Shown: positions 23,465-36,300 of the stretch, in pieces | Layout of the letters: every line of letters begins with the position of its first letter | Position numbering within the stretch: the stretch's first letter is position 1 | From: Klebsormidium nitens | Lineage: Eukaryota; Plantae; Klebsormidiophyceae | Direction: 5' to 3' | Assembly (NCBI GenBank): GCA_000708835.1 | Contig: DF237540.1 | Location: 1-54,997, forward strand | DNA: 54,997 nt | Notes under the pieces: model-generated | Told to the model about the DNA's origin: nothing | The model's input: the letters and a program-made list of their open reading frames with translations, nothing else | Databases searched by the model: none | Position numbers and translations under genes: made by a program

Positions 23465-23560
23465 TGTGAACAAAGCACGAGAGCCTCTCGGCAAGTCTTG
23501 TTGACACTGCTAAGTTTTAATTTCGGTGCAACTCAAGTGCAAAGTGCTTTCAGTCGTCCA

Positions 23561-23947
23561 TAGGCCCCGGAACATGGAATAATGGAATACGGAATACCCA
23601 TTTTGGGAAGCGAAAGAATCCGGAATACCCAAATTTGGGCCTTGGAATACTAGAATACAGAATACTGGGCTTTTCCGAGCATACTACACAACATGTGGAC
23701 AGCAAACAGCGGCAGAATACTTGACTTCGAACTAAAAAGACATCCAAAAGCATGCTTCGAACGAAAGAAGATTGTAGAAAAACTCACACGACACGGCGCC
23801 CTCCTTACGTAGCTTCCAAAGAGTGTCAAAAGACACATTTACGAAACGGAATACAGAATACTTGAGCACCTTGGAATACGGAATACTCCCTTTTTGGAAG
23901 CTTGGAATACAGAATACTGGGGGTCAAGTATTCCATGTTCCGGGGCC
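23561..23947. mobile_element. non-autonomous hAT-like MITE (~387 bp)
   Basis: Perfect 19-bp TIR GGCCCCGGAACATGGAATA (23563-23581 / 23929-23947). Many subterminal (G/A)GAATAC repeats. Flanks GTCGTCCA / GACGTCCA resemble an 8-bp TSD (7/8 identical) if the left end starts TAGG and the right terminal TA was lost. Confidence 0.8.
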
Positions 23948-24771
23948 GACGTCCAGTTGTACACCTAGACTTTATTTGTGGTCCACACCGGCCAAGGGGT
24001 CGGCCACGACTGATAGAGCTGACACTATTCTTTGAATCCGGTGCGACAAGGTAATGCCTTGCCGCTGCAGTCGATCAAAATGCACACCAAAGTGAAATCT
24101 GGTGCATTCGAAATTGGAGTTCAGGCTCGACTCGTACTGTTGACACGAGTTGCGAGAAGTATGCGAGCTCAACAGAAAGCTTTCCAGTCGTGCGATTGTG
24201 CACCGGATGACCAATTTTCTGAATTTTAGCAATTTTAGTGTCGTTTCTCAATCGCATACAACTCGACTGAATCCGCTGAATCCGCTGACACACAGCATCG
24301 AATAAGGTGCGACATATCTGAGTATACCCAGCAGTACTGCATGATATGCACCGGATCCGGAAGGAAGTGCTAGTCTTCGCCCTTACGTGCTAGACTTGGA
24401 GATTTGACACCACTTGGCAGTCTGCGACAGTCCTTATTATTAACACCAGCCCAGCCGCGATGTTCTCGTGTAGTCGGAACTCGGCGACGGCGTTAAGCTT
24501 ACGTCACTCGACCAATCAGATCGCAGGGTTCCTCCAGGCGAGTCACTAAGAGCCCCCTAACAATCGTCGAAAAACAAGTGCAACCAACTGCAACGTACCT
24601 ACACATCATCATTGCATAAGGGCGCCCAAACATGTACGTATCAACTTAATTGACCTGGTCTGCTATGCAAACGGCTGCGGCGGCCGGAATGGCATGATGC
24701 ATGACTCAACAGCTGCCAACATTTTGCTTCTGCAATTGCAGAGACTAATCTACTAACGGTCCTAGCTGGAC

Positions 24772-24902
24772 GCACATGCACACTGCTCATGATAGCTTTG
24801 GTAAGAAGGGCCGGCCGCGGTGAAGAAAAAACCCTTGCATTGGGCTACTATTGGTCCCAGACGCACATGCAGATTGCTGATGATAGCTTTAGTAAGAAGG
24901 GC
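24772..24902. repeat. imperfect 40-bp direct repeat (24772-24811 and 24863-24902)
   Basis: GCACATGCA.A.TGCT.ATGATAGCTTT.GTAAGAAGGGC, 36/40 identical, 91-bp period. Confidence 0.75.
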
Positions 24903-25446
24903 AGAAGCAACGGTAGCAAGGACTTCAAGTGCTCGCAACAAGAAACAATCTATATTTGAGAACTCGTAGCAGATTGTCAACTGCCTCGACCATGTAGCCT
25001 AGGGTATGGGCCCTTAAATACATCAACTTAGTGGGACCATCATGACCGAATGGGACCCTTATGTCGGAGTTACAACCATAGGCACGTGTGCGCCTTAGCA
25101 CCGGATGTTCTAGGAATAATGATGATTACACGATGATGCCAGATTCGCTAGCAACGAAATCCGATAGTTATGACCAACGAAGTAATTTGCAATCAAAGGC
25201 TGTCCACAGGAAAGAGGTAAAGACCACCAATCCTGGTCCAACAAAAGGGTTAGATATGTCTTGTGGGGCTCCAATATCACGATCATGCTGGAGGAGCGGC
25301 CAGAGGGAGGGGGGCTGTATTGGGCGAAAATCAAAACTGCAAGGGTTTTGAACTACAAGCCTAATTCCTGTACGTATTCATCAAAAGCAGACTCGCTTCA
25401 CCCTCACTTCACCCTCGCTTCCCCCTGCACAGGCCTCCACTTGTGC

Positions 25447-27914
25447 TTAGCCGCGCCCATACGGATGATACCTGCTTCCCCCGCTGCCGCCCGCCCCGCT
25501 CATGCCTCCACGGCTGCTGCCATAGCCGCTGCTGCCATACCCGCCGCCGCTGCTTCCGGCCCCGTAGCCACTCCCGTACGCACTGGCTCCTCCCGCAGCC
25601 CCGTAGCCGCCGTACCCCGCGGATGCGCCGTACACGTCCTCTGCACCGTACCCGCTGCCGTAGCCATACCCGCCTGCAGCGTATCCAGAACTCCCGTATC
25701 CTCCCCCTGCTGACGACCCCCCATACCCCCCGCTGGAGCTCCCATACCCTCCATAGCCGCTGCCCCCATAGCCCGCCCCGTAGCCAGCGGGCCCCCCATA
25801 GCCTGCGGAGCCATAGCCGCCGCGGCCACCGGTAGACCGGCCATAGCCCCCCCCTGCTCCTGCCCCGTAGCCCCCCCCATAGCCATCGCCATAGCCGCCC
25901 CCGTAGCCGCCCCCCCCATACCCGCCGCTCCTTCCTCCATAGCCGCCCCCGTAACCGCCGCCCCCGTAGCCGCCAGTGGGGCCGTCCCCAAGGGGCTTCT
26001 TGGGCTCAGCCTTCTTGACCTCCACCTACAGACAATGGCACACGGCGGGGAGAGTGAGGCAAAGAGCCCCAGACAGGCAACCAAGAAACATGCGCGGGAT
26101 CCACTACTCGCTTCGGCGTGCAATTGCATTCCGACCTGCTGATGTCCACCTAGCAACTGCCCCTCTACCAAAGAATGCAAGGACAATCCCCAGCTGCAGC
26201 TATGACTGTAGGCAAACACGTCCGCACCGAGCCCTCAAGACACGCGGGCCACGCTTTATGCCAGGAGCAGGGCCCGCTGCGGCGCTGACCTGCTTGTTGT
26301 CGATCTCGTGCACCTTGTTGCTGCTCAGGATGGTGTCCACCACGGCCTCGTTGTCAAAGGTGAGGAAGCCAAAGCCGCGCGAGCGCCCCGTCGTGTGGTC
26401 CTGCATGATCACCACGTCCACAATGGTGCCGTACGCCCCAAAGTGCTCCTTCAGCACATCTGCACGCAGCGCCCACCGCCGCGTCAGAAGACCATGAGAC
26501 AGGGGGAGCAGCCCGGGCAAAGCAGGGGGGGTGCAGGCAGGCGCGGGCCAGCCATGGCACGCAGCGGCGGTCGGCCCAGGACAATCTGCTCCACAGGGTC
26601 CACAGGTCGGGCTGCACTGCAATCCAGGCATCTCTGTGCATCAACAGAAGGTGGCCACCTGACGCGCGGCGAGTATCAGAAGAGGGCACCCCGCTGGTCC
26701 ATGCCCAGGCTCAAGGAGCAGATGGCGTACCTTCTGTGGCGGACGCGGGGAGGCCCCCCACAAAGATCTTCTTTGTTCGTGGCCCCCTCAGGCCCTGGGA
26801 TGCCTCCCGCGGAACTGCACTCTTCACCTCAACCTGCACCCCCGGAGGAGCACAGTCAGCACAAGGCGGAAGGATAAGGGGCTGCGCTCTTGAGGCACGG
26901 CACCTCCTCAGGAGCACGCCACACAACAAAGAGGAAGGGGCGGGATGGAGTGCAAAGCCCTGAAGCTGCACATGCCTCGACAAGTCCTGCGAAATGCTCA
27001 TTGGCTGTCTCTATGAGGGTGGACCCTCCACGAAACGCTGAGCTCTCAAATAGCTGAGCACTTAAGCAAGACAAGAGCCAATCACCAACATGCGAACCAA
27101 TTCTCCAAATGCAACGGACAATGTTGTTCACCAGCAAAACAGGATGAAAGCCAACGCCAGAGCTTCTTACATCTCGGCCATCAATCCGGTGCTTCTCTTC
27201 CAGCACCCTGTTCACGCTGTCCTGGTTGTCGAAGGTAACAAACCCAAAACCTCTGGGGCGGCCCGTAATCCTGTCCTTCATGATAACCGCATCGGTAATG
27301 TTGCCATACTTGGCAAAGTGATTCCGCAGTCCCTCTGCATTAACATGGATGATGTCAGCAAAGCTTGGAACAGGCCCCTAAAATAAAACTGGGAGGATCT
27401 GATCTACCAACAGATTGAGCCGAAGACATAATCGCCATGCATCCACTTTCACATCCATGGTCAAGAAGCTGGTAATGGTCCTGCTATCAAGCCACAGATT
27501 GGTCGCCGATCTTACCGGTAGAAGTGTCCCATGATAGGCCCCCAACGAAAATCTTCCCTTGGTCAATCCTGGAGAGAAACAATCTTCACTCTCAATGAAA
27601 CCTCTGACCAGAGCACACTTGACCAAGACGAACAGAAGTGGAGCAGAAATGGGTTACATCTAATCCATACCATCTGCATATGACTACATGCCATACCGCA
27701 CAGCGAAGGAGGCCCATGCTAATCACAACTAAAGAGTGTCTGCTGTGCTGACTAACCCTGCTTGACCTCCATCTGATGCTGCCGCTGTCTGAGCCTGAGA
27801 GTGAGACTCTATGTTCTCTTCCTGACGCTCTCCTCCATTCTGACCGGCTTGCTCTTCTTGCTGATATTCAAGCCCCTCATCCTGATTGCCATTTATTTGC
27901 TGCTCGTCTGCCAT
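25447..27914 (-). CDS. hnRNP A/B / Musashi-like RNA-binding protein (2 RRMs + Gly/Tyr-rich tail), 6 coding exons
   Basis: Exons 27914-27757, 27568-27516, 27334-27171, 26833-26731, 26459-26290, 26025-25447. RNP2/RNP1 motifs KIFVGGL...RPRGFGFVTF and KIFVGGL...RSRGFGFLTF. GGYG repeats and a C-terminal RYHPYGR (PY-NLS-like). Confidence 0.95.
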
Positions 27915-28337
27915 ACTGCGTGCCTGTACGACCAAGTATTTGTGCCTGCAAGTAACCCCTGTTCATCTCATCTGTCAAGCGGAACCAAGGAGGTCATCTA
28001 TTGTACAAAAATCCACGTCCGATCGCTTGATGCACAAAGCATGAAGAGGTTCAAACCAGAGGCGTACAAAAACACAACAGCAGCGGTAGCAAAGAAAGCA
28101 AAGGTCACACTCTATAATGCTACAAACAGAAGTATAACACCTTAGATGCTCAGCAAGCAACAGAGCTGCTTTACTGACCTGCTTGTAGGAGACGCCCGCG
28201 CAGATGGTCTGCAGGTACACACTTCTGCCCGAAAATGCTATCTTAGAGCAACTTGCAAGCTGTGCTTGGTGCTTTCATACCTAGTTGAAGGTCTGAGGTC
28301 CTGCTTGTTTCCAGGTTTGCCGGCGACATGTGCTGGA

Positions 28338-28876
28338 ATGGCAACTGCTCGGGAGTCGGGACGTGGACCCAGGGGCTCGATCACACTGTCACAGGCTACA
28401 GCCTCTCACAGGTACGGTAAATCTACCGGCCGGGAGAGGCCCCCGGTGCTCCCTCCCCGGCCTCCTCAGCTACCATTAACACGTCGTGGTCGCCGGCCAT
28501 CTCTTACATTGTCGAGCAGCTGCCACATGCAACGTGCAGCAAATTGCTGAGCAATGCGCATCCATGATTCCATTGCCATTTCCATGCATCCATGTGCCGG
28601 ATTTCTCACCAGCTGACCATCTTTCGTAGCAAGCTGGAGGGGGAAGGTCTGCACGCCTTTGGTCGCACTGTGCTGGGTTCCCCCAACCTTGAGCTGTCAT
28701 TCTGGGCGACAGCTGGCCTTGAAGAGGGTGTCCCTCTTCTTCTCGAGATCGCCCTCTACCTCGTGCTCTTCTTCAGCTGCGGCATCGCCACCGGCTTCCT
28801 CCTCGCGCGCTACTTCACGCTGTGCCTGTCCCTGTACCGAGGGGGCCCCGCAGCTGCCCACTCCGCGGTGCACTGA
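28338..28876 (+). CDS. putative small single-pass membrane protein (~106 aa, 2 exons)
   Basis: Exon 28338-28411 plus exon 28630-28876, joined by a GT-AG intron in matching phase 2. An alternative ATG at 28592 gives 94 aa. Codons over the hydrophobic segment LLLEIALYLVLFFSCGIATGFLLARYFTLCLSLY are almost all G/C-ending. Confidence 0.5.
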
Positions 28877-29221
28877 CCCTCCCCACCCGCCACCACCCAC
28901 CCCGCGCAGGGCACCTGCAGCAAGGGGCCAGGATGGGGCCCGCGCAGCAATGCCAGCCCTGACCGCTCTCTAGGAAGAACGTCCTAGGGCATCCCGATGT
29001 TGCCTCGTCGTCACTGACCCCGTGCGTGCCCCCCGTGCCCGCCTGCGCGCCCTGCCACGCTGGCGGCCAGCTTCAAGCGCCACCAGGCCAGCCACGCGCA
29101 CACGCCCGGCCCCCCCTCCCTCTCCGTCACCATTGCTTGCCCCCCCCGCAGCCCCGCCACGTCCAAGCCCAAAGTCGCCACCCCCCGGCCGCGGCCCAAG
29201 AGGCCTTCCGTGAGCCGGAGG

Positions 29222-31531
29222 ATGGGCCGCATCCGCGACGTGCTGCGGCACCGGGGGTGCCTCTACTCAGCCGCGTGTGCGGCGCTCTTGCTGCTCCTCT
29301 TTGCCCTGGTACCCCCCATCCCGCAGCCAGAGGCGTATCACCGCTTCGCCGACCGGCGGACGTTGATTGGCGGGGTGCCCAACACACTGAATGTGGTCAG
29401 CAACTTCCCGTTCCTCATCATCGGCGTGTTCGGTCTCGTCACCGCCCTACACGGCAACCGCTTCGGCTTCACGTGAGCGCCCTCTCTTTCTACCTCTTGT
29501 GAAAACATGCCCCCCGTCTGTCAAGGGGCAAAGCTCGGATGTTGCCACTGTGATGTGCCCCAAGGCTTTTCAGAGCCGTCGAACTCCGCCGAGCCACCTC
29601 GAGAGGCACTGTGCCCCCTGTCCCCTCAAAGAAAATCTGTCGCTGCTTCCCCCACAAACTCACCTCAGGTCCTGTCCTTCAGAATACTAGAATGATTTCT
29701 TGTGGCAGTGGACATTCTTGCAGACCTGTATAGGGCATACATACTGGGCACACATACTCTCTGTTATCATCATTATTTTTTCTGTGAGACGTTTGACGTA
29801 ATTTTGCATGCGACTTGGGCAAAGCCTCTTTGGCCCTTCCCAGCTGCGGTTTGCCTTGCTCTGTCCCTCAGGATGTTCCTGTCTCCCAGTGGATGCCACC
29901 CCTGCAGATGGCAGCCAGCCTGCACACCCTCACCTCACGCAGCGCACGCCGCTCAGAGCCCACCAGGCCAAGGGCAAGCCGGGGATGTGCCCCTCGCTGA
30001 GCTGGCGCCCTCTGAAAATGCCAATGGCAAAGCAGCCGCCGCAGACGTTTTCCTTTTCTGGTGGTGCAGGTGCGGGGGCGAAGTGGCGGGGTGGGCGTGC
30101 TTCTTTTTGGGCGTGGCCGCCACCGCCTTTGGCTCCGCCTACTACCACCTGCGCCCCAACGACGGCCGCCTCGTCTGGGACCGCCTCCCGGTCAGTCTGC
30201 CCCCTCGCGCCCCGCACGCCCCGCATGCCATGATCAGCAGTGCTGGAGAATGTTGCTATTCTGGCCACCACGGTCTCCCCGGCCACTGGCTCAAAGGGAC
30301 GGCAGGAGGCCCCAGGTTGCTGCGGGGCGCTGCGGCGAGACTGGGCCACTGCACTTATCCGACATGAGAAGGGTGCTCGGCCACGAGTGTCCCGTGTTTG
30401 ACCCCTGCTAGTTGCGGAGCCGACCGCTGCGGTGGATTGCCCCAGCTCGGGCTACGAGACGCCCATTGGCTCCGGGGCGGCCGCCTTACCCCACAAATCT
30501 GCGGTCTTCCGCCGTGCGCCGAACTGATCCGAGGGCATAAAGCCCACCCTGCTCTGCACTTCCACAGACATCCACCAGCTGGCCCGTCTCATGTGCCCCC
30601 CCCCTCCGCCCCTGCCTGGCCGTGCCCCCCTTTGTGGCCTCTCTCACACGCGCCGGCCCCCTGCCTGCAGATGACGGTGGCCTTCACGTCGCTGGTGGTT
30701 CTCTTTGTGGTGGAGCGCTTGTCGGAGCGCGGCGGCACCGTGGCGCTCCTCCCCGCGCTGGCGGCCGGCATCGCCTCCGTGGCCTACTGGAGGTCGGGCC
30801 CGCATGCGCCCCTCCTCTGTGCCGGCACTGCCAGCGAGGTCCCATTGTCGGCGCACTGCCTCGCTCGCCCCTGTGTGCTCTCTGCGGGCTGCGCTCTGCT
30901 GGGAAAGCGGAGGGGCAGCGGCCTTGGAGCGCATCCCCCCCCGGGCGCCCCGTCCCGCCGCAGGATGCCGGGCAGGGAGGAGTGGGAAGGGCCCTGATCC
31001 CGCCCGAGCAACAGGGCCCGGTCTGGTCCGCAGCGTCCTTTGGTGGGCCGTCCCCCTGACCCGGGCGCTGTGTCCGTGCGCAGGCTGACGGACGACCTGC
31101 GGCCGTACCTGCTGGTGCAGTTCGTGCCGCTGCTGCTCCTCCCCGCGCTCGCGCTGCTCACCCCCGCCAAGTACTCCCACTCCGCCGCCTGGCTCGGCGC
31201 GGCCGCCTGCTACGCCGCGGCCAAGCTCGCGGAGGTGGGCGACGGCCTCGTGTTCCGGCTGAGCGGCGCGGTGGTGAGCGGGCACACGGTGAAGCACCTG
31301 CTGGCGGCCGCGGTGCCGGTCTACCTCCTGCTCATGCTGCACCGCCGCGCGCTGCTGGCGGAGCGGGTGTCGGAACTAGAGCGGTGGGGGTGGGGGCCCG
31401 GGCGGGGGCGGGAGAAGGCGGGGGAGGCCACGGGGCAAGAGGGGCTGTTCGGGGACGAGGAGGAGGGGGCCGCGCAAGAGAGCCAGGGCTTGCTCCCCCG
31501 TGGCTCCTCGAGCGAACCACGTGTATCATAG
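29222..31531 (+). CDS. alkaline phytoceramidase-like (Ceramidase/CREST family) multipass membrane protein, 4 exons
   Basis: Exons 29222-29472, 30071-30190, 30671-30792, 31084-31531. Motifs PIPQPEAYHRFADRR...VPNTLNVVSNFPF, GSAYYHLRPNDGRLVWDRLPM, DDLRPYLLVQF, AAKLAE, SGHTVKHLLAA (conserved His/Ser metal-binding pattern). Confidence 0.85.
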
Positions 31532-32230
31532 GCTCTGCATCTGACCGGGGATGGTCGCACCACCCCTCAGTGTCGGGCCCCTACCGCTCGCGTGCCCTTA
31601 TGTCAGTGGCCGCTCGTGACTGTGGTGCACTTGATGCATGCCGACCGTCGAGCATGAGCACGGAACTTGTGGGACGAACTCTCCTGGTGTGCTACCTACA
31701 GGACACACGAGGGCAGGCTGCAACCATCTACCAGGCCGACATGACATGCGGGTGTATGAAGCTCGATTGCATTTGCAGGAACATGTAATATCGGACCCGG
31801 AACTCCAAGTAAGATACAGCTTGGCTCTTCCGTCGAACTTCAGCTAGAGTGCTTCAATGTTTCTGATGCACGTTTTTCTTATATCGATCAAACTTCTACA
31901 TGAAAGTGGTAACTTCTGCAAAACGCATGGCGTCAGATTCGATGAGATGCAGTACGTTGTCCGTTACACAAGTGCTTTGTAACAAAGCTTGTAAATCCCG
32001 CAGTACGTTCGGGTTTTGTATTTGTTACCATCAAAGCATCATGGAGCGAGTGCAATGAGTTGATCATTTGTCAACAATTATGCGAGATTCACTGATTACA
32101 TGCATGAATCGGACTTCATGCCATCATAATCATACGGGAAAGTCCATGCGTGGTTTTACTAACTGGACACTGACTTTTCTAAGATACTTATACATACTAT
32201 AATAGGTGAGCATTCCATGATGGTAGGCAC

Positions 32231-32925
32231 ATGCATCGATTCATGGAAACTACTGGAGGCGATGTTGGTTTGAACGTGGTTGGCCCACTCCAGGGTCGAA
32301 TATCAGCTCTAGAGGAGTCGAGGGATATGTCGGCTAGCCGGGCGAGGGCGGGTGGTTCGCGCGCAGAGGTTGTAGAGAAAGCCCGAGAACTCGTTTCTGA
32401 CGCGACCAATTTGCAAAGGGCTTCAACGCGTTCAGTCCTACGAGCTTTCTCAAAGTTTGCGTACATGCAAGATCTCAAGGAGCTAGGAGCATGGGCCAGC
32501 ATTGGATCGATCATGCAGATTGAGCATGCATGCTCCGTTTCTATATACGTTGGCTAGATTTAGACTTGGGCTCATGTAAGTTGGCTATAGAGACTGGTGC
32601 ATGGCAAGGAATCAAAGCCGCGGGCAGAGCGGTATTGTGCATTGTGTGCAGCGGGCCGGTGAGGTAGAGGACGAAGTCCATTGCGTGTATGATTGTCGAT
32701 CCAGCATACGATAGTATTAGGAGATTGTTGGCCATTTCCTCTTTAAGGATAAAGAACTTCAAGTTGTTCCTCAACTTGAATTCGCAGGATCAACATGAAG
32801 TAGGAAGGTTTCTGCACTTAGCCTTTGAAGTAAGGACAAGATTATTGCAGAACGTTGAATAGATTCAGTCGTCGACTTAGCCGATCACGGCTCCAAACCG
32901 GCGTTAAATCATCATCATCATCATC
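32231..32925 (+). mobile_element. 3' remnant of a non-LTR retrotransposon (LINE)
   Basis: Frameshifted ARFRLG-SCKLAIETGAWQG...C.LC...GEVEDEVHCVYDC-PAYDSIRR (~32552-32730), the ORF2 C-terminal zinc finger. Ends in an (ATC)6 tail at 32908-32925. Confidence 0.8.
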
Positions 32926-33325
32926 TAAAAAATATCCCTCTATTGTAGATCTGACCATGTTACACTTCAGAGGTTTCAAGATGTGGAGTCACCTACAATT
33001 GGTCAGTATGCTGTTTTAGGTTGAAATGTTCAGACGTGAATATGTGTGGCTCAACTCGCAAATGTTCCGCATTCAAGGTTTCCATGTGAAGCTGTAAGCT
33101 GGATTCAACAATCTTGATATTTCAACACGTTGTACATTCAACTAAAGTGGACATTCTAGGCGGCAATGGGAGCACTGCTTGCACACGGAGCATCAAGCGG
33201 GAAGACCTAAGGCTGCTCCATTATGATGCAGAGTAAACAACTCGTTCGACGAGACTTTTCTAGGAACCGGGTAAAATCACTGGGGGTCGCAGCTGGCTGG
33301 TTGCCGGCACGGAGCCGCCCCGATG

Positions 33326-36300
33326 TCATCGCTGTGCGATGCTGCCGCCCGGCCCCGGTATGCACGCGGTTTGCGGGATGCGCGCCAGGAGGCTGTCCAC
33401 GGAGGAGAGGAAGGAGGAGCGGCTGTAGTGCTCCTGCACGAACTCCACGGCCGCCTCGCGCAGCGCCTGCCACGCGCCCGCGTCCCCGCTGATGGCCACC
33501 ACCTGCGCGGCCATGTCCGCGCTGTCGCGCGCCGCCAGGATGCCGTCGCTCACGTTGACCGCGCCCAGCTGCGCCGCGATGCGCTCCATGGCCACCACCG
33601 GCACGCCGTGCGCCATCGCGTCCAGCACCTGGGGACAGAGGCGGAGGGGGGGGGGTCACGGGGCGCACCAAGAAAGCGGAGCGGACCAGGAGGCAGCAGC
33701 CTTGGACCTTGTTCCGGCATGAGCAGCCTGACGTTGATCGGTGTGCCAACCACCCTCTCTCGACAGGCGAGTGGACACATCGCAATGCCGCCACTCTACA
33801 GTCTAGACATGGACATGCTGACCACTTGCACCTACAGAACCAGACGCTGCATCGCGCGGCACGCGTGGCCCCGCGCCGCGGGCGCACCTTGATCTGGATG
33901 CCCGCCCCGTACTGGTGCGGCGCCACAAAGAGGCGCGCGCTGTCGTAGTACGGCCCCAATTCGTCCACGCTGCCCAGCACGTGCACCCCCCCCGCGCGGT
34001 CGTCCAGCGCCAGCAGCTCGGGGGGGGGCTCCTTGCCGATGACCACGATGCGCGCGCGCGGCTGCTGCCGCCGGATGAGCGGGAACACGTTGGCCACGAA
34101 GTGCTTCACGGCGTCCCCGTTGTAGTACATCGTGTTGTGGAAGGCGCCGATGAAGAGCAGGTCCGAGCGCGCGCCGTACCCCGGCAGCGACAGCGCCGGC
34201 TCCACATAGAACGACAAAATCTTGGTCTGCACGTGCCCGCCCCTGCACACACCACCGCCGCGCCGTCAGCCCCACGCCGCCCGGAGGAGGCCGCCAGTGG
34301 CCGGGCAGACAAGAAGGCAGGAGTCAGGGAGAGGGCGCTGGCGCAGAGCCAGCCGGGCCAGGCACGGCGGGGGACAGGGGCCTGGAGCAGTGCCAGGCGC
34401 GCATGTCCGCTGCCTGCGTGCGAGCAGGGCCCGTCCCTGCAGCTGGCCAGCCCCGCGCGAGGAGGCTCACCCGTGGAACTCTGCGACGCGCTCGCGGTCG
34501 GCCTGCGTGACGAGCAGGCTCTCGTTGGCCAGGGCAAAGAGGCGCAGCTCCTCCACGCGGCCCTGCTGCACCGCCGCCAGCAGCGCATCGTCGTGCAGCG
34601 CCTGCGCGCGCGCCTCGTCGCGGGTGTACCACAGCGCCTGCGCACGCAGCAACACACGCAGCGCTCAGCCACACACTGAGGCCACAGCGCGGCACAGCCA
34701 GGCAGGCAGAGCAAGGAGGACAGGACGCAGTACACAAGCGGCCGGCTCACAGGCCCAGCCTGCCCAGCGCAGGGCAGCAGTAACATTGCAGCGGGGCAGG
34801 CGCGGCGCCTCACCTCACTGTCAAACACAAGGTACCTGCACACGCAGCACACGCACTGTCAGTAGGGGCAGGGGGCGAGGTACAGCACAGCTTCCGGGGG
34901 GGGACACAGCAGCCTGAGGGAGGGGCGCAGAAGTGCTGGCACATGAGCACAGGACAAGTGCCCTGGCCGCAGCAGGAGACCCTTTCCGAAGGGCCACTCA
35001 CGCGCGGGGCTGGTGCTGCTTGATGCAGGCGTGCGCGTTGAGGAAGATGGGGGGCCGGCTGACGATGACGGCGTCGTAGAAGCCGGCGCGCTCCTCCAGG
35101 AAGGCGCACAGCTGCTGCGTGCGCTCGGCCAGGAGGGGGTCGCTGTACTCCCAGCCCGCGGTGGCGTTCCAGATGACCTCCACGCCGCGCTGCAGCAGCT
35201 GCGCCACGGTGCGCGGGGGCCGGCGGTCGAGCATGGGGTACATGGTGACCAGCGCGCGGAACTGCGCGAGCGCGTGCAGGATGAGCAGCGCGCGCCCGTA
35301 GCCGCTCCCGGTGTCGGGGTCCCCCAGCAGCTGGTCCACAAACAGGATGCGCTTGGCGCCCGTGTTCTCGCGTGCGCACAGCACGCTGGCGGGGCTGGAC
35401 GGGAAGTGCCGCGACTCGATGAACGGCTTCCACTTGCGCCGGAAGATGACCTCGCTGGCCGCCATAAGCGCCAGCGCCTCGTCGCGCCCCTTGGAGCTGT
35501 ACTCGTGGTGCGTCACCGCGGCCGCCGGCTGGTACAGCACCGCCAGCCGCTGCTCGTACCGGATCTTCATCTGCAGGTCGCTGTCCTCGTAGTAGTGCGG
35601 GAACGTGTTCGCCTCAAACCCGCCCGCCGCGGCAAACACGTCGCGGCGCACCAGCAGGCAGCACGCGCTGCAGTAGTCCACGCTGCGCACGTAGTTGTAC
35701 TCGGGCGCTGCCGGCGACTGCCCGCGGCCGTACCCCGCGCAGCTGCCCTGCGCGTACACCAGGCTGCCCGCCTCCTGCAGCAGGCCCGTCGGGTAGACGA
35801 GCTTGCAGCCGACGGCGCCCGCGTCCAGGCGGCCCTCCAGCGTGGCCACCAGCGCGGCCAGCGTGCCGTTGCCCACCTCCACGTCGTTGTTGAGGTACCA
35901 GAGGTAGCGCGACCAGGGGTGGCTCAGGTTGAACGTCGCGTGGTTGTTGGCGCGCGCAAAGCCGAGGGGCTTCTCGGAGCGGCCGCCCACGATGCCCTCC
36001 ACCTGGGCCAGCAGCGCGGGGGTGCCGTCGCTGGAGGCGTCATCAAACACCACGACCTCAAACGGGATCTCGGTGCCCAGCGCCGCGATGGATCTGAGCG
36101 CCTGCATCGTCTTGTTCACGCTGTTGTGCGCCGTGATGATGATGGACACCAGCGGGGCGCCTCCGCCGAAGCGTGGCATGCTAGGCAGCGCGCCCGCCAT
36201 GCCCGGCTGGCCCTCTACTTGCGCCACAGCGAAGCGCGCGGCGCTGATGGGGGGGCGGTCGCGCGTGTGGCGCATCTTGTACGTGGAGAGGCAGCCTGCG

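Noticed and set aside
24352-24372. TCCGGAAGGAAG resembling SRP RNA helix 8
   Set aside because: The flanking stem and the GCAG of the SRP motif are absent; probably chance.
22774-24902. Direct repeats as a CRISPR array
   Set aside because: Only two units each, eukaryotic context, and no cas genes.
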